Shown piece after piece: positions 18,045-27,705 of a DNA stretch of 44,042 nt (its first letter is position 1; each line of letters starts with the position of its first letter). This stretch comes from a virus. Location: positions 1 to 44,042 of the IMG/VR virus record IMGVR_UViG_3300012205_000001. The stretch is one strand, 5' to 3'. The translations under genes and the position numbers were made by a program. Under the pieces are notes generated by a model. It was given only the letters and a program-made list of their open reading frames with translations, ran no database searches and had not been told where the DNA came from.

Positions 18045-18518
18045 CTATCGAATCTTGTCCACCGTCACCCGGAGCCCGCCCAGAAGGTCATTGGTGGCCT
18101 TCAGGATTGGCGCGATGAAACCGTATTTTCGCTGCTTGTAGGCGGCGTAGGCCTTCGACAGGGGCGCGAAGGCGCCGCCGCTCTTGTCACGCTGCCGCTC
18201 GACGTTGTGGGCGATGGCCGCCAGCATGAGCTGGCCGATCGTGGTGATGGCCCGCTGGCGCACGCTGGCGTCCGCGCTGCCGAGCGCCTTGGCGACGAAT
18301 CGGATCGGCTCCATGTCATCGCGGTCGATGTACCAGGGCGAGCGCTTGAGGCCCGCCTGGACGCGCGCGATGACCGCGTTGCGCTCGGGGCCGCGCGCGC
18401 CGGTGGGGATGACCGAGATACGCGTGCCGTCGAGGGCCTGGCTGACCTTGGCGGCTTTCAGCTTGACTGCCTGGGCAATCTGGTCGCCGATGCCCTGAAG
18501 TTCAGCGCCCGCGCTCAT
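18045..18518 (-). CDS. Hypothetical head-tail joining region protein (about 157 aa from internal MSAGAELQ)
   Basis: Track ORF 18045..18665; the internal Met at 18516-18518 overlaps the upstream stop and removes an implausible N-terminus. Confidence 0.4.
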   Translation of the reverse strand: MSAGAELQGIGDQIAQAVKLKAAKVSQALDGTRISVIPTGARGPERNAVIARVQAGLKRSPWYIDRDDMEPIRFVAKALGSADASVRQRAITTIGQLMLAAIAHNVERQRDKSGGAFAPLSKAYAAYKQRKYGFIAPILKATNDLLGGLRVTVDKIR

Positions 18519-19000
18519 GACGTCATCACGTCCGAGCGCCACTGCGCCCAGAAGCGGTGCTCCCAGATTTCGCCCTTGCCGCGGTCCAGGATGCGCCGGC
18601 TGCCCTGATAGCGGACCTCGCGGATGCCGCTGGTCGCCGTAAAGTAGTTCGCCGGCAGGTCGCACACGTCGGCGATGTGCATGCCGTCGTCACCGGCGTG
18701 GCGCAGGGTGGCGATCCTGTCGTCGGCCGCCGCGTCGCCCCCGCCCCTGAAGTAGGCGACGTTCACCGCCACGGTGGCCGCCGTGATGTTCTCGACGGTG
18801 CCGTAACGCCGCTCATGCGGGTCGACGCCCAGCACGTCGACGAAGTAACGGCCGTCCAAGGCGCTGTCAGGCTCCTTGTCCAGCTCGAAGCGGTAGCCGC
18901 TGGGCACGAGCTTGCCGTCGATGGAGCTGGCGCCCATGATCAGCGCAAGATTCACGTGGAACGTTGCCAGCACGGCGGCCGGCAGGAAGGTGCTCATGCG
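18515..19000 (-). CDS. Hypothetical structural protein carrying the ~130-aa domain shared with the tail fibre C-terminus
   Basis: Track ORF 18515..19192, likely starting at internal MSTFLPAAV near 19000. Shares FELDKEP, VAYFRGGGDA, GIREVRYQG, GEIWEHRFW and WRSD blocks with the C-terminus of 2574..4601. Confidence 0.45.
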   Translation of the reverse strand, partial: RMSTFLPAAVLATFHVNLALIMGASSIDGKLVPSGYRFELDKEPDSALDGRYFVDVLGVDPHERRYGTVENITAATVAVNVAYFRGGGDAAADDRIATLRHAGDDGMHIADVCDLPANYFTATSGIREVRYQGSRRILDRGKGEIWEHRFWAQWRSDVMTS

Positions 19001-19857
19001 CGCTCCAGGCGGCCGACCGTGAATCCAACGTCGTTGCCGCCAGACGTGATTCCGTCTTGGTCGGCGTCGATGGGCAGGTTGGCGATGATCTCGGTCTTGC
19101 GCTTGTCGTACTCGGCTTCCAGCTTGTCCATTTGGGCCGACCATTCGTCGCCGAACGAATACCGGCGTAGCAACCAGAACTTCAGCGCGCACTGGCGACG
19201 CAACTCGGCGAAGCCAAGAAACGCATGCGCCCGGTTCTTCCCACCGAGGTCCAGCAGCGTCTCATCGCGCGCTTCGCGCAGGGCGGCGACCATGTCGGTT
19301 TCGGCATCCAGGTTCAGGCCCAATTTCGGGAAAACCAGGCGCAAATCTGACTCATCGCACAGGAAGTCTGGAATCTTGGTCAAATAGCACTCAACTGCTT
19401 CGGTCAGCGTGTCGCCGGCGGGCGGCGTGAAGGTCGCCCATCCATTGGTCCAGACCGCATCGGCCTGGGTGCTGGTGACGGCATAGCTGACGCGCGTCCC
19501 GCGGAAGGTCGCGCCCGACACATGCGCCACACCGAGCGGCGCCCAAAGCGTACAGGTGCTGGCCGTCAGGCTCTTGACCGTGACGACTTCGTCGGCCTCG
19601 GTACCGTTCGGGCCGCCGAGGCGATACCGCCGACCGACCACGATGCTGGTGGCGCTCGTTACATCGACAGTCCTGGCCCGCGCAGCGGCGGCACCAGACA
19701 ACGTGGTATTGACCGTATCGACGACCGCGGCGGCGGAGCTAACCTTAAGCGCGCCGGTCGATGAATAGACGCTGACCATACAGGACGCGGGCTGCCGATC
19801 AAGAAACTGCGTCTCGACTGTGCCACCGATGCCCTTGACCAGTGTTTGGAATGCCAC
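18994..19857 (-). CDS. Hypothetical structural protein (287 aa)
   Basis: Track ORF in the head-tail module; no motif recognised. Confidence 0.45.
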   Translation of the reverse strand: MAFQTLVKGIGGTVETQFLDRQPASCMVSVYSSTGALKVSSAAAVVDTVNTTLSGAAAARARTVDVTSATSIVVGRRYRLGGPNGTEADEVVTVKSLTASTCTLWAPLGVAHVSGATFRGTRVSYAVTSTQADAVWTNGWATFTPPAGDTLTEAVECYLTKIPDFLCDESDLRLVFPKLGLNLDAETDMVAALREARDETLLDLGGKNRAHAFLGFAELRRQCALKFWLLRRYSFGDEWSAQMDKLEAEYDKRKTEIIANLPIDADQDGITSGGNDVGFTVGRLERA

Positions 19858-19860
19858 GAC

Positions 19861-20319
19861 TCACTCAGTGGGGAACCCGATGAAGGTGCTGACCGTCGGC
19901 GCGGTGCCGGACGGGACCAGAGAGCGGGTGACGAAGCGGCTGAAGTTGTCGCCCGAGACGTTGAAGGCCTCGGTGCTCAGGACGCGCAGAGCACTGACCT
20001 GCGAGCCGCCCGCGCCGGTGGCGGCGATGGGCTGCCCCTTGTTCATGGCGCCCACCCACAGCCAGCGCGGCGAACTGGCAAATACGCCTTGGTCGGCGTA
20101 GCCCAACAGGTCGATGCGGCAGGAGACCGCACCCACCGTGTCGGCGTAATCCACGGCCACCCAGATGCGGTTGGCCGCCATGAGCGGGGCCACGCCGCCG
20201 GTCATGATGTCAGACAGCGCCTTGCCGGCCGCGCCACCAGACGGATAGGCGGTCGTGGTCGTTGAAGCGTTCAGGTCCTGGACCCAGCGGATCCCGCCTT
20301 CTGCGGTTTGGTACCCCAT
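19861..20319 (-). CDS. Hypothetical structural protein (152 aa)
   Basis: Track ORF; start abuts the stop of the upstream glycosyltransferase-like gene. Confidence 0.45.
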   Translation of the reverse strand: MGYQTAEGGIRWVQDLNASTTTTAYPSGGAAGKALSDIMTGGVAPLMAANRIWVAVDYADTVGAVSCRIDLLGYADQGVFASSPRWLWVGAMNKGQPIAATGAGGSQVSALRVLSTEAFNVSGDNFSRFVTRSLVPSGTAPTVSTFIGFPTE

Positions 20320-21152
20320 TACGCGGCCTCTTTGCGCTCGGCCTTGGCCTGCGCGTCAGCGAGCAGTTGCGGCACATGGTCCAGCGCCACGAACCCGTTG
20401 ATATAACGGACCTCGGTCGCGCCGACGGCGCCGCGCAGAGCGGCGGCCTGTTCCTTGAGCGTCGGCGAATCGTCCTTCCAGCTGTCTTCCCAGTGCTGCC
20501 AAGAGAAGGTAAGTGGACCAGTGTCCTTCATGTGCACGGTGCGAAAGCGCGGGTCGGCCAGCACCTTGAAGCCGGCCGCGCGCAGCCGCGTGCAGAAATC
20601 GTAGTCTTCGCCCACCTCGGACACGCTGCCGGTGAACGTTCGCTTGATGGCGAAGCGAAACCAGGGCAGGTCGTCGCGCGTGGCCTTGAGCGCCGAGACG
20701 CGGATCATCATGAAGCCCGTCGCCACCGTCGCTACTTCGACCGGCTGGAACGGAAAGCCGCTGATGACATGGCAGCACTCCTCCGGGTGCTCCTCATGCG
20801 CCACGGTCACCGTGGGGACCATGGGGCGCTCGCGCAGGTAGACCGCGCCGATCGCGCCCACCTCGGGATGCTGATCGAACAGCGCGTGCCAGACATCCAG
20901 CGGGTTGCCGCCGGGCCCGCCCGCCTCAATCCATAGATCATCATCATGCATGACCAGAAAGTCGTACCCGTCGTTGACCGCCTGGTCGGCGATTCGAGTG
21001 CGCGCCATCTGCACCGGGCCACACGTGAACGCGAAGCTGTCCCGGCCACGCTCGAACGTGCGGCAGCCCATCTCCATGTCGCGCATGCTTTTGACGTACG
21101 CGAGGGTTGGGTGTCGCCCGCTCGGCGTGGCGTAGAACAGCCGGTCGGCCAT
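20319..21152 (-). CDS. Glycosyltransferase-like protein (GT-A fold, DxD) embedded in the head-tail module
   Basis: DFLVMHDDDLWIE (DxD-type motif) and GEDYDFCTRLRAAGFKV, reminiscent of family-2 glycosyltransferases. Lies between capsid-proximal and tail genes on the same strand. Confidence 0.5.
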   Translation of the reverse strand: MADRLFYATPSGRHPTLAYVKSMRDMEMGCRTFERGRDSFAFTCGPVQMARTRIADQAVNDGYDFLVMHDDDLWIEAGGPGGNPLDVWHALFDQHPEVGAIGAVYLRERPMVPTVTVAHEEHPEECCHVISGFPFQPVEVATVATGFMMIRVSALKATRDDLPWFRFAIKRTFTGSVSEVGEDYDFCTRLRAAGFKVLADPRFRTVHMKDTGPLTFSWQHWEDSWKDDSPTLKEQAAALRGAVGATEVRYINGFVALDHVPQLLADAQAKAERKEAA

Positions 21153-21517
21153 CAGTAGCCCATCAACTCCACGATGAGGGACGTGTTGCTGATGTTCGCG
21201 ACGGTGTTGTCGACCCAGGTTCCGACGGCCGTGGTGACCGGCAGGCCCGTGTTCAGAAACTGCAGCAGCAGGGAGGTGGTGCTGGCCGTGGTAGCGCGGA
21301 TGACGCCGCTGGCGGCGATCCCAGCGTTCTGGATCGTAACTGACGGGTTGACGGCCAGCACCTTGCCGCCCATGAAAACCTTGTTGAGCGTGTGGGTGAA
21401 GGCCTCGCCGCCCGTGGAGTACGGGTTGGTGCAGCTCACGTTGTAGCGAAGGCGCTTAATGCCGTCGATGCCATTGGCCGAGTAGGTATCGTCGATGATT
21501 GTCCAGGTCGTAGTCAT
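21152..21517 (-). CDS. Hypothetical small structural protein (121 aa)
   Basis: Track ORF; beta-rich composition. Confidence 0.45.
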   Translation of the reverse strand: MTTTWTIIDDTYSANGIDGIKRLRYNVSCTNPYSTGGEAFTHTLNKVFMGGKVLAVNPSVTIQNAGIAASGVIRATTASTTSLLLQFLNTGLPVTTAVGTWVDNTVANISNTSLIVELMGY

Positions 21518-22119
21518 GGTCGTGCCTCAACGGGCTTGGCCGCCCGCGGTTGGGTCTGTTTCGGTGCTTCGCCCTTGAGCCGCTCGTACAGGGCTTGGAT
21601 CTCGCGGTGCTCCTCGGTCGCGCCGGGCTCGGCGGCGGCTCTTTCGAGCCAGCGCCACTCCACGATGTGACCGACAGAGCCGCTACGGCTCTTGATATTG
21701 CGGATGGGCCAGCCGGCTTTCAGCAGCAGACGCCGCGCCTGTCGCCCGTTGTCCTTCGTGTCATCGATGACGGCGTCAGTGCCGTGATCGACAACGCGCT
21801 TGATGGGCTTGGCGCGCAGATTCGTGCCGGGGATTCTCGGCTCATACCATTCTGACGACTTCATCGGCTGGCCATCAATGGAAACCAGGCGAACCGGCCC
21901 GACGTTGTAGATCTTTTCCGCCCCATACTGGGGCACATTCTGCGGCGAGGTTGAGACACCGTCCAGGACTTCGAACGCCATGGTCTGCAGCGCTTCATCC
22001 TGGAGCATGAGCTCCGTATAGGTGAACGTTCCCGCCTCCATGGCGCCGATGATGGCCCCTCGGACAGCAGCAACGCGGCCCTCTCTCGTCGGCAGTTGCA
22101 AGATCGAAATGTCGAGCAC
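21514..22119 (-). CDS. Hypothetical head module protein (201 aa)
   Basis: Track ORF directly downstream of the putative major capsid gene. Confidence 0.45.
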   Translation of the reverse strand: MLDISILQLPTREGRVAAVRGAIIGAMEAGTFTYTELMLQDEALQTMAFEVLDGVSTSPQNVPQYGAEKIYNVGPVRLVSIDGQPMKSSEWYEPRIPGTNLRAKPIKRVVDHGTDAVIDDTKDNGRQARRLLLKAGWPIRNIKSRSGSVGHIVEWRWLERAAAEPGATEEHREIQALYERLKGEAPKQTQPRAAKPVEARP

Positions 22120-22134
22120 GGTTCGCCTTTCTGG

Positions 22135-23082
22135 CTATGTGGCGGAGTAGCCGGTGATCTTCCAAAAATGCTTCGGGTTATCCGCGCCGATCCCGAACGC
22201 CATGGTGATAAGCCATTTGTCCGAGTCGTCGGTCTTGCCCAACAGGTCGACCTTCATCTGCCGGCGCCATGACATGAACAGATCGCCCGTCTGGACGCCG
22301 AGAAAGATGCTGTTATCCAGGTCGCGGATCGGCGTCAGTGGCCGCCCGGCATAGGTGATGCCGGAGCTGTTGCCCTGCAGGTCGATGCTGTTGTTGCCCG
22401 ACATGATGCGGATCGAATTGTTTGCCGAGCCGGCCAGGCCGATGGCACCGCGCGCCTTCTGGATCTGCTTCGGCGACACCCATACCTGGTCGTAGCTGGA
22501 CGCATAGTCCGCGTCGCGGCTGAACCGGTCGGCGGCGTCGATGTCGGCCAGGGTCACCGTGGTACCGCTGCCCGTGGTCTCATATGCCTGAAACCAGGTA
22601 TAGGTGTTGCGGTCCAGGCCAGCGATGGTGCCGGCGCTGTCGCAGATGCCCTGGATGCCCACCGGCGACACCAGGCCCGTGCCAAGCGCGTCCGTGGATG
22701 CCAGGTCGATGACGTCGGCCATGCCCTTTTCGAACTCCTGGGCGAACTGGTCGAAGAACGCGGCCTGCGGATTGCCGTTGTTCAAAGTGTCGCGGGCGTG
22801 GCCCGTGATCTGAACGACGACCTTGTAGTAGGTGAATGGCCACTGCGCCGTGACGTATGACTGCGAGCCGGGAGCGCCCGCCGCGTCACCCTCGACGTAT
22901 CGGGTGACCGACGTGTTCTTCCCGTACTGCATCTTCCGGTTGAGCGTTGTGCCGCCGGTGTCGGGGCGCAGATTGAAGCGCCCGAGTACCTCACTATTGC
23001 GGAACGTGGTGTCGACCAGCCCGGCGATCGCCTGGGTTTTGGTCGCCGCGTCGATGGAACTAGCTGCCGTTACGCCTGCCAT
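22135..23082 (-). CDS. Putative major capsid protein (315 aa)
   Basis: Position immediately downstream of the scaffolding-like gene, with size typical of HK97-fold capsid proteins; by gene order only. Confidence 0.45.
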   Translation of the reverse strand: MAGVTAASSIDAATKTQAIAGLVDTTFRNSEVLGRFNLRPDTGGTTLNRKMQYGKNTSVTRYVEGDAAGAPGSQSYVTAQWPFTYYKVVVQITGHARDTLNNGNPQAAFFDQFAQEFEKGMADVIDLASTDALGTGLVSPVGIQGICDSAGTIAGLDRNTYTWFQAYETTGSGTTVTLADIDAADRFSRDADYASSYDQVWVSPKQIQKARGAIGLAGSANNSIRIMSGNNSIDLQGNSSGITYAGRPLTPIRDLDNSIFLGVQTGDLFMSWRRQMKVDLLGKTDDSDKWLITMAFGIGADNPKHFWKITGYSAT

Positions 23083-23091
23083 GGGACTCTC

Positions 23092-23805
23092 CTACGGACC
23101 GCCGGTGCCCTTCGGGCCTGTCAACTGGCCGCTCGCGACCATCTCGTTGACCATTGCCTGCCCGAGAGACAGAGGCTGATCCTTGCCGTCGGCGCCCTTC
23201 GGCGGGACATACGGCACTTTCACTTTTGGCTGCGCTGACCCGGTGCCAGCGCCGGCCTTGAAGTCGGGGTTTGCAAGGTAGCTTTCGGTCTTCAGCAGTT
23301 CGTCGACGAGCGCTTCGACGGTCTTTCCCTCGGGTCCGGTAACGGTGCCGTCTTCGCCCACCACCAGCTGGTGCTCCAGCATGGCGGAGAGCGCTTTCGT
23401 GCTCCGCACGCGGCCGGCGAACGGCATGAGCGCATCCCGCTTGGCAACGCCCTGTAGCTTGCCCGTCAGGTCAGCGGTGCGCTTCTGCTCTTTCGCCAGT
23501 TCCTTGGCCGTCTTGTCGTTCATCGCCTTGAGCTTTTCGACCTCGGTCTTGGCTGCCCCGGATTCATCGAGCTTGGCCTTGATCTGTTCGATCTCGGCCG
23601 GATCGGTGATCCCGAGCTTCTCCAATAGTTCGGCAGTCGCTGCCTCGCGCGCGGCTTGCTCGCGTTTCTTGGCCCTCGGTTCCCACGATGCCAGATAGGC
23701 CCCGTCGTTGTCGAAGTGCGAGCCAGTCTCCAGGGCGTCTGGGAATTCCCCCTTGCCCTCTTTCCACGCATCGAGTGCGGCCTTGATCGTCTTGGAGAGT
23801 GCCAT
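23092..23805 (-). CDS. Putative scaffolding protein (237 aa)
   Basis: Highly charged, Ala/Lys/Glu-rich helical sequence (ELLEKLGITDPAEIEQIKAKLDESGAAKTEVEKLKAMNDKTAKELAKEQKR) between portal and capsid genes. Confidence 0.5.
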   Translation of the reverse strand: MALSKTIKAALDAWKEGKGEFPDALETGSHFDNDGAYLASWEPRAKKREQAAREAATAELLEKLGITDPAEIEQIKAKLDESGAAKTEVEKLKAMNDKTAKELAKEQKRTADLTGKLQGVAKRDALMPFAGRVRSTKALSAMLEHQLVVGEDGTVTGPEGKTVEALVDELLKTESYLANPDFKAGAGTGSAQPKVKVPYVPPKGADGKDQPLSLGQAMVNEMVASGQLTGPKGTGGP

Positions 23806-23815
23806 CCGTCTTACC

Positions 23816-25465
23816 TCACCCCGGCTCTGCGGCGCCGGTAGCCTGACCGGGATTGTGGCTCCCGTTGCCCTGCCCAGGTGGTGCCGCCTGGTTCGGTTTC
23901 TTCGTTGTCACCTGCCCGGTTCCGCTGGTAGTGTCAACTGGCGGCGCTTCGACGTTCTGGAGGCTGTCGAGTAGCGGGGCCAGCTTATCTGGCGGCATGC
24001 CGGCGAACTTGCGCGCCACCATCTGGCGGCGGAGCTCCAACATGACCGCTGGCGACAGGCCAAGAAGCCGCATGGACACGACCTCATTGATTTCGTCCTG
24101 CAGGGCCTGGAGGTCGAAATCCTGCGGGTACTGGATGTGAGGTAGGTCGGCAATCGAAGCCTTGATGCCCGACGTCCGATAGGCCAGCACCAAGACGGCG
24201 AGGCGTTTTTCAAAGTCCTCAGCTGCTGATGCGATGTCACCCAGGATGCTGCGCTTGTCCTCGTTTTCCAGCTCCATGGCGGCGGCGGATGATTTCTGCA
24301 TGCTGCGCCCGAGCGTGCCGCGGCCAGTGCCGAGGCTCTCTTTCATCTGGTCCATGGTGGCCAAGATGCCTTCGGACAGGACGCGCGCCTGCTCGGGGTC
24401 AGGAGAGACGTACTGTGGCATCGCGCTGGTGCCCTGCGGATTGAACCCGAAGACCGTATTGACGCCGGCCTGCAGGACGTCGACATTCGGATCCGGCACA
24501 CACAACCAGCTGAAGGTCTGCTTGTAGTAAATCTCATCCAGCAGTGACCCGTAGTTATAGACGCGGTTCGCGCCCTTGCAGAAGTCGGCCACCAGTGCCT
24601 CGCCATCGGGAAAATCGGTGTCATCACAGCGCGTGATATAGAGCGGCTCGAACGGCACGCGGCCGAGTGGATTCGGCCTGTCGGGCAGTCTGGTCTCGCC
24701 GCCTCCGCCCGGAACGACATCATATTCCTCGACGTGATCGCGATACCAGATTCGAAAGCGATGGCCGGACTTCATTTGCTGGCGCGGCGTGCGCGCCAGA
24801 TCCAAGCACACGAACTGCTTCAGCCACTCGATTTCGCCGTCTTCGTCGACACTCCAATCGAAGATGTCGAGCGGGCTCACCCAGTAGGCATAGGGCAACC
24901 CATCGGCGTCAGGATCGGCGCCGCCCGCTGCTTGCACATCGACGCAGGCCCACATGATGCCCATCGTCAGCACGGGGCGCAGCCCATCGCGAACGAACGT
25001 GTCAATATCCTGGGAGCGATCTTCGTCGACCTCGCCCCAAAAGGTCGTTAGGTCAGGGTTGCCTTCATCGCGCGTGACGCCCTTTTTAAGCGTATGTGAG
25101 ACCAAGCTGTTGACCGTCGGCCGCACCATGTTGTGATATGTGGCGCGCTTGCGGCGATTCTCGAACTCCCACGACTGCTCACGGTTGTGGCGGAACAGTA
25201 AACAACGGGCCGCATCGTCGGCGATGCCGCTGAACGCTTTCTGATTCGGATCGATGAGCTGCCCATTGGCGTTTCGGGCCGCCAAGATCGGATATTGGAA
25301 ATCGACCGACAGCAGCGATGGCCGATGGTACTCGCGCCCGCCCACGTAGCTGACGCGGCCGAACTCGCGCCACCACCATGTCAGGTCATAGCGCGGATGG
25401 CGGTAGTACAGCGAGCCGGGGCGCGGGGTCCCCGTGATCGCGTCGATTGTGACATTCGGAAGCAA
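23816..25465 (-). CDS. Putative portal protein (549 aa)
   Basis: Large ORF immediately downstream of the terminase large subunit and upstream of the scaffold, with acidic C-terminal tail. Starts at TTG 9 nt after the AGGTGA of motif copy B. Confidence 0.55.
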   Translation of the reverse strand: MLPNVTIDAITGTPRPGSLYYRHPRYDLTWWWREFGRVSYVGGREYHRPSLLSVDFQYPILAARNANGQLIDPNQKAFSGIADDAARCLLFRHNREQSWEFENRRKRATYHNMVRPTVNSLVSHTLKKGVTRDEGNPDLTTFWGEVDEDRSQDIDTFVRDGLRPVLTMGIMWACVDVQAAGGADPDADGLPYAYWVSPLDIFDWSVDEDGEIEWLKQFVCLDLARTPRQQMKSGHRFRIWYRDHVEEYDVVPGGGGETRLPDRPNPLGRVPFEPLYITRCDDTDFPDGEALVADFCKGANRVYNYGSLLDEIYYKQTFSWLCVPDPNVDVLQAGVNTVFGFNPQGTSAMPQYVSPDPEQARVLSEGILATMDQMKESLGTGRGTLGRSMQKSSAAAMELENEDKRSILGDIASAAEDFEKRLAVLVLAYRTSGIKASIADLPHIQYPQDFDLQALQDEINEVVSMRLLGLSPAVMLELRRQMVARKFAGMPPDKLAPLLDSLQNVEAPPVDTTSGTGQVTTKKPNQAAPPGQGNGSHNPGQATGAAEPG

Positions 25466-25472
25466 GCCATGC

Positions 25473-25504
25473 GGTCACCTGCCCAAGTCGGATGTCGGTG
25501 TCAA
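25473..25504 (-). promoter_or_regulatory. Copy B of conserved 32-bp bipartite motif (TTGACA-N17-CAGGTGACC) upstream of the portal gene
   Basis: TTGACACCGACATCCGACTTGGGCAGGTGACC on the minus strand, in the 227-bp terminase-portal intergenic region; A/T-rich stretch just upstream. Confidence 0.45.
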
Positions 25505-25692
25505 TTGTATCAGGGTTTTTACCCACTTGACCTCACATTGGCAGGTTTTAGGCTTCCGGATCATGCTGGTTTTCCAACAGCGGGACGGTTTCGGGCCGTG
25601 GGTCGCGGTTCGGCCAGATTCACCACCCAAACGATTACCAATGGCCTGGTGTATCGGCTGCGCGATGCACCACCTCTGCCGCTTGGGCGGCG

Positions 25693-27039
25693 TTACGCAA
25701 TCGCACGCAGCAGTGGCCCACGCTCGACCGTGCTGGCGACGTAGCGCGCGACCGTGACGGCGTGGTCCTTTTGATGCGGGGCTGGCTGTTCAAGCTGCAA
25801 CCCGGCGGGCGTCAGCTGCCAGACGTAGTTCTCGAATTCGCTCGTCAGATTTGGGCACCGCGGGCCCAGGATCCGGATCCGATCCTGATGGAGCAACGAC
25901 GACAGCGTTCGGATTCCGGACAGCACAGAGCGTGCGTGCTCGTCGAACGTCCCGGCACCATAGTTGCGATGTTTCGAAACCCTGATCCCCGCGCGCTGAA
26001 AGCGGACCAGATTGTCCGGTTCAGCCGGATCGGCCACCCATTCATTGAAGCGCCACTTTTGCTGCAGCTTGATCGCCTCCGGCGCCCAGAAGTCTTCGAC
26101 CAACAGCGATGCAGAATAGACCTCGTCAAGAAACCACAGTACTGGTCGCTCGCCGAACGTCAGGCCGGCGACCAACAGAGCGCCCGGGTTGCTGAAGCCC
26201 CAGTCGCAGCCGCCCAAGATGCGCTGGAATTGGATCCCGTCTGGCAGTTTCGAAACCGAAACCCGCGCCCGCGCGAAACCCCGGTAGACCTGGCCGATGA
26301 ATGCCTGCCGGCTCGCCTCCCATTCGCGCTCGAAGTACTCGGGCGCCAGCGTCGCGCGCGCATGCGCGACCTCGGCCTGCAGGCCAGGCGCGCGGGTGTT
26401 GGCCGCCGTAGGCCACCAGTGGGATGAATATCCCGGCACATGGTCATTGGCCGGCCGCTCGAAGGCCTCCCACGTCCAATCGCGACCCAGCGGCGTCGTG
26501 GTGGCAATACACCAGCCCTGTTTATCGGCGAGCGCCGGCCGTAGATAGAGCGGCCAGGCATCGGCGCGGACGCGGGCGGCCTCCTCAATCCACATGCCAT
26601 CGAGACCACTGCCGACCTTTTTTTGTGGATTCCGAACCGTCTTGAATTCGATCAGGATATCGCCCTTGAGCCACCAGCGGCCCTTCGCGTTGTCGACATG
26701 GTCGATCAGCTCCTCTGGCAGGAACTGCAGCAAATAGCGCTTCGGCTCATCGAGCAGCTCATATGTATCGGCGCAGATCCAATAGTGCAGCCGCGCGCGC
26801 CGCTGCCACCAAAGGACGGTTCCGCGCCGCGCGGCGCCGGGCAGATAGAGTAGCTGCTTCCGGCGCGCGAAGTCATCCCAGACGCGCTGAATGAACTTCT
26901 TGGCGGCCGTATAAGTCTTGGCTCCGCGGCGGCCGGCCAGACCCAAGACAAAGCGCGCCGGGTCGATGAAAAACCGGTAGGCCGGCAGGTGGAGCGGGCT
27001 GTCAGGGCCGAATAGCTGGATCGTGAGCGCAAGCGACAT
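25693..27039 (-). CDS. Terminase large subunit
   Basis: N-terminal Walker A P-loop LAGRRGAKTY; C-terminal acidic nuclease-type region (GGCDWGFSNP, ADPAEPD); about 450 aa, upstream of the portal. Confidence 0.8.
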   Translation of the reverse strand: MSLALTIQLFGPDSPLHLPAYRFFIDPARFVLGLAGRRGAKTYTAAKKFIQRVWDDFARRKQLLYLPGAARRGTVLWWQRRARLHYWICADTYELLDEPKRYLLQFLPEELIDHVDNAKGRWWLKGDILIEFKTVRNPQKKVGSGLDGMWIEEAARVRADAWPLYLRPALADKQGWCIATTTPLGRDWTWEAFERPANDHVPGYSSHWWPTAANTRAPGLQAEVAHARATLAPEYFEREWEASRQAFIGQVYRGFARARVSVSKLPDGIQFQRILGGCDWGFSNPGALLVAGLTFGERPVLWFLDEVYSASLLVEDFWAPEAIKLQQKWRFNEWVADPAEPDNLVRFQRAGIRVSKHRNYGAGTFDEHARSVLSGIRTLSSLLHQDRIRILGPRCPNLTSEFENYVWQLTPAGLQLEQPAPHQKDHAVTVARYVASTVERGPLLRAIA

Positions 27040-27241
27040 TCAGGCGCACCGCCGGCTCCCTGGTATCTCCAGGTGTTGGCCTTCTGATAGCCTGACGTTG
27101 ATGGGACGCTTATCGAGGACGTTCATCTCGTGGTCACCCGCCTCACGACGCAGGAGCCGGCTTTTCTGCATGCGCCGGGCGACCGCACAGGTTACTGCCT
27201 GGGTCGTCGCCTCGCTTCGCCGTCGCTGGGTCTGGCCTTTG

Positions 27242-27700
27242 TCACGACAGTTTGTCAGCCGTCGTGGTAGTCGTTTCGGTCATCGGCGCAAGTTGGCACT
27301 GTAACTCGGGTGGCGGTGGCATGTGGGTGTGAACGTGGATTTCGGTGGGCACCACGGAGTTCGCATCTTCGATGTCGGGATCAATCGCGATCACGGCGCG
27401 CACCAGCACGTCAAGCACCTTCGCTGCATCGACCGCCAGTGATGAATGCTCCGTACCGCAATTCCTTGGCTTGAGCACCGAGATGAGCGGATTGATCTGC
27501 CCTAAAAATTGCGTCGCCAGATCCGCGCGTATGGAACGACGTATGCTGACAAGGTCATCGGTCTTGAGCCGGCTAACAATCTGTACCACCGTCATGCGTG
27601 GCATCTTGAAGTGCTGGCCCGTCTCGCTGAAGTTCTGGCTCAGCAAATAGTGCGCATAAACCGCCTCTTCCTTGGCCGGCGGTGTTTTTCTGCCCTTCAT
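27242..27700 (-). CDS. Putative terminase small subunit (likely starts at MKGRKTPP, 27698-27700)
   Basis: Gene immediately upstream of the large subunit. The track start at 27718 lies inside motif copy C; the ATG 5 nt downstream of the motif is more plausible. Confidence 0.35.
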   Translation of the reverse strand: MKGRKTPPAKEEAVYAHYLLSQNFSETGQHFKMPRMTVVQIVSRLKTDDLVSIRRSIRADLATQFLGQINPLISVLKPRNCGTEHSSLAVDAAKVLDVLVRAVIAIDPDIEDANSVVPTEIHVHTHMPPPPELQCQLAPMTETTTTTADKLS

Positions 27701-27705
27701 TCCTC

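Noticed and set aside
16653-19387. Several plus-strand ORFs (for example 16653..17432, 17020..17532, 18557..19387) inside the tail/head module
   Set aside because: Antisense to tightly packed minus-strand structural genes; Arg/Gly-rich composition typical of GC-frame artefacts.
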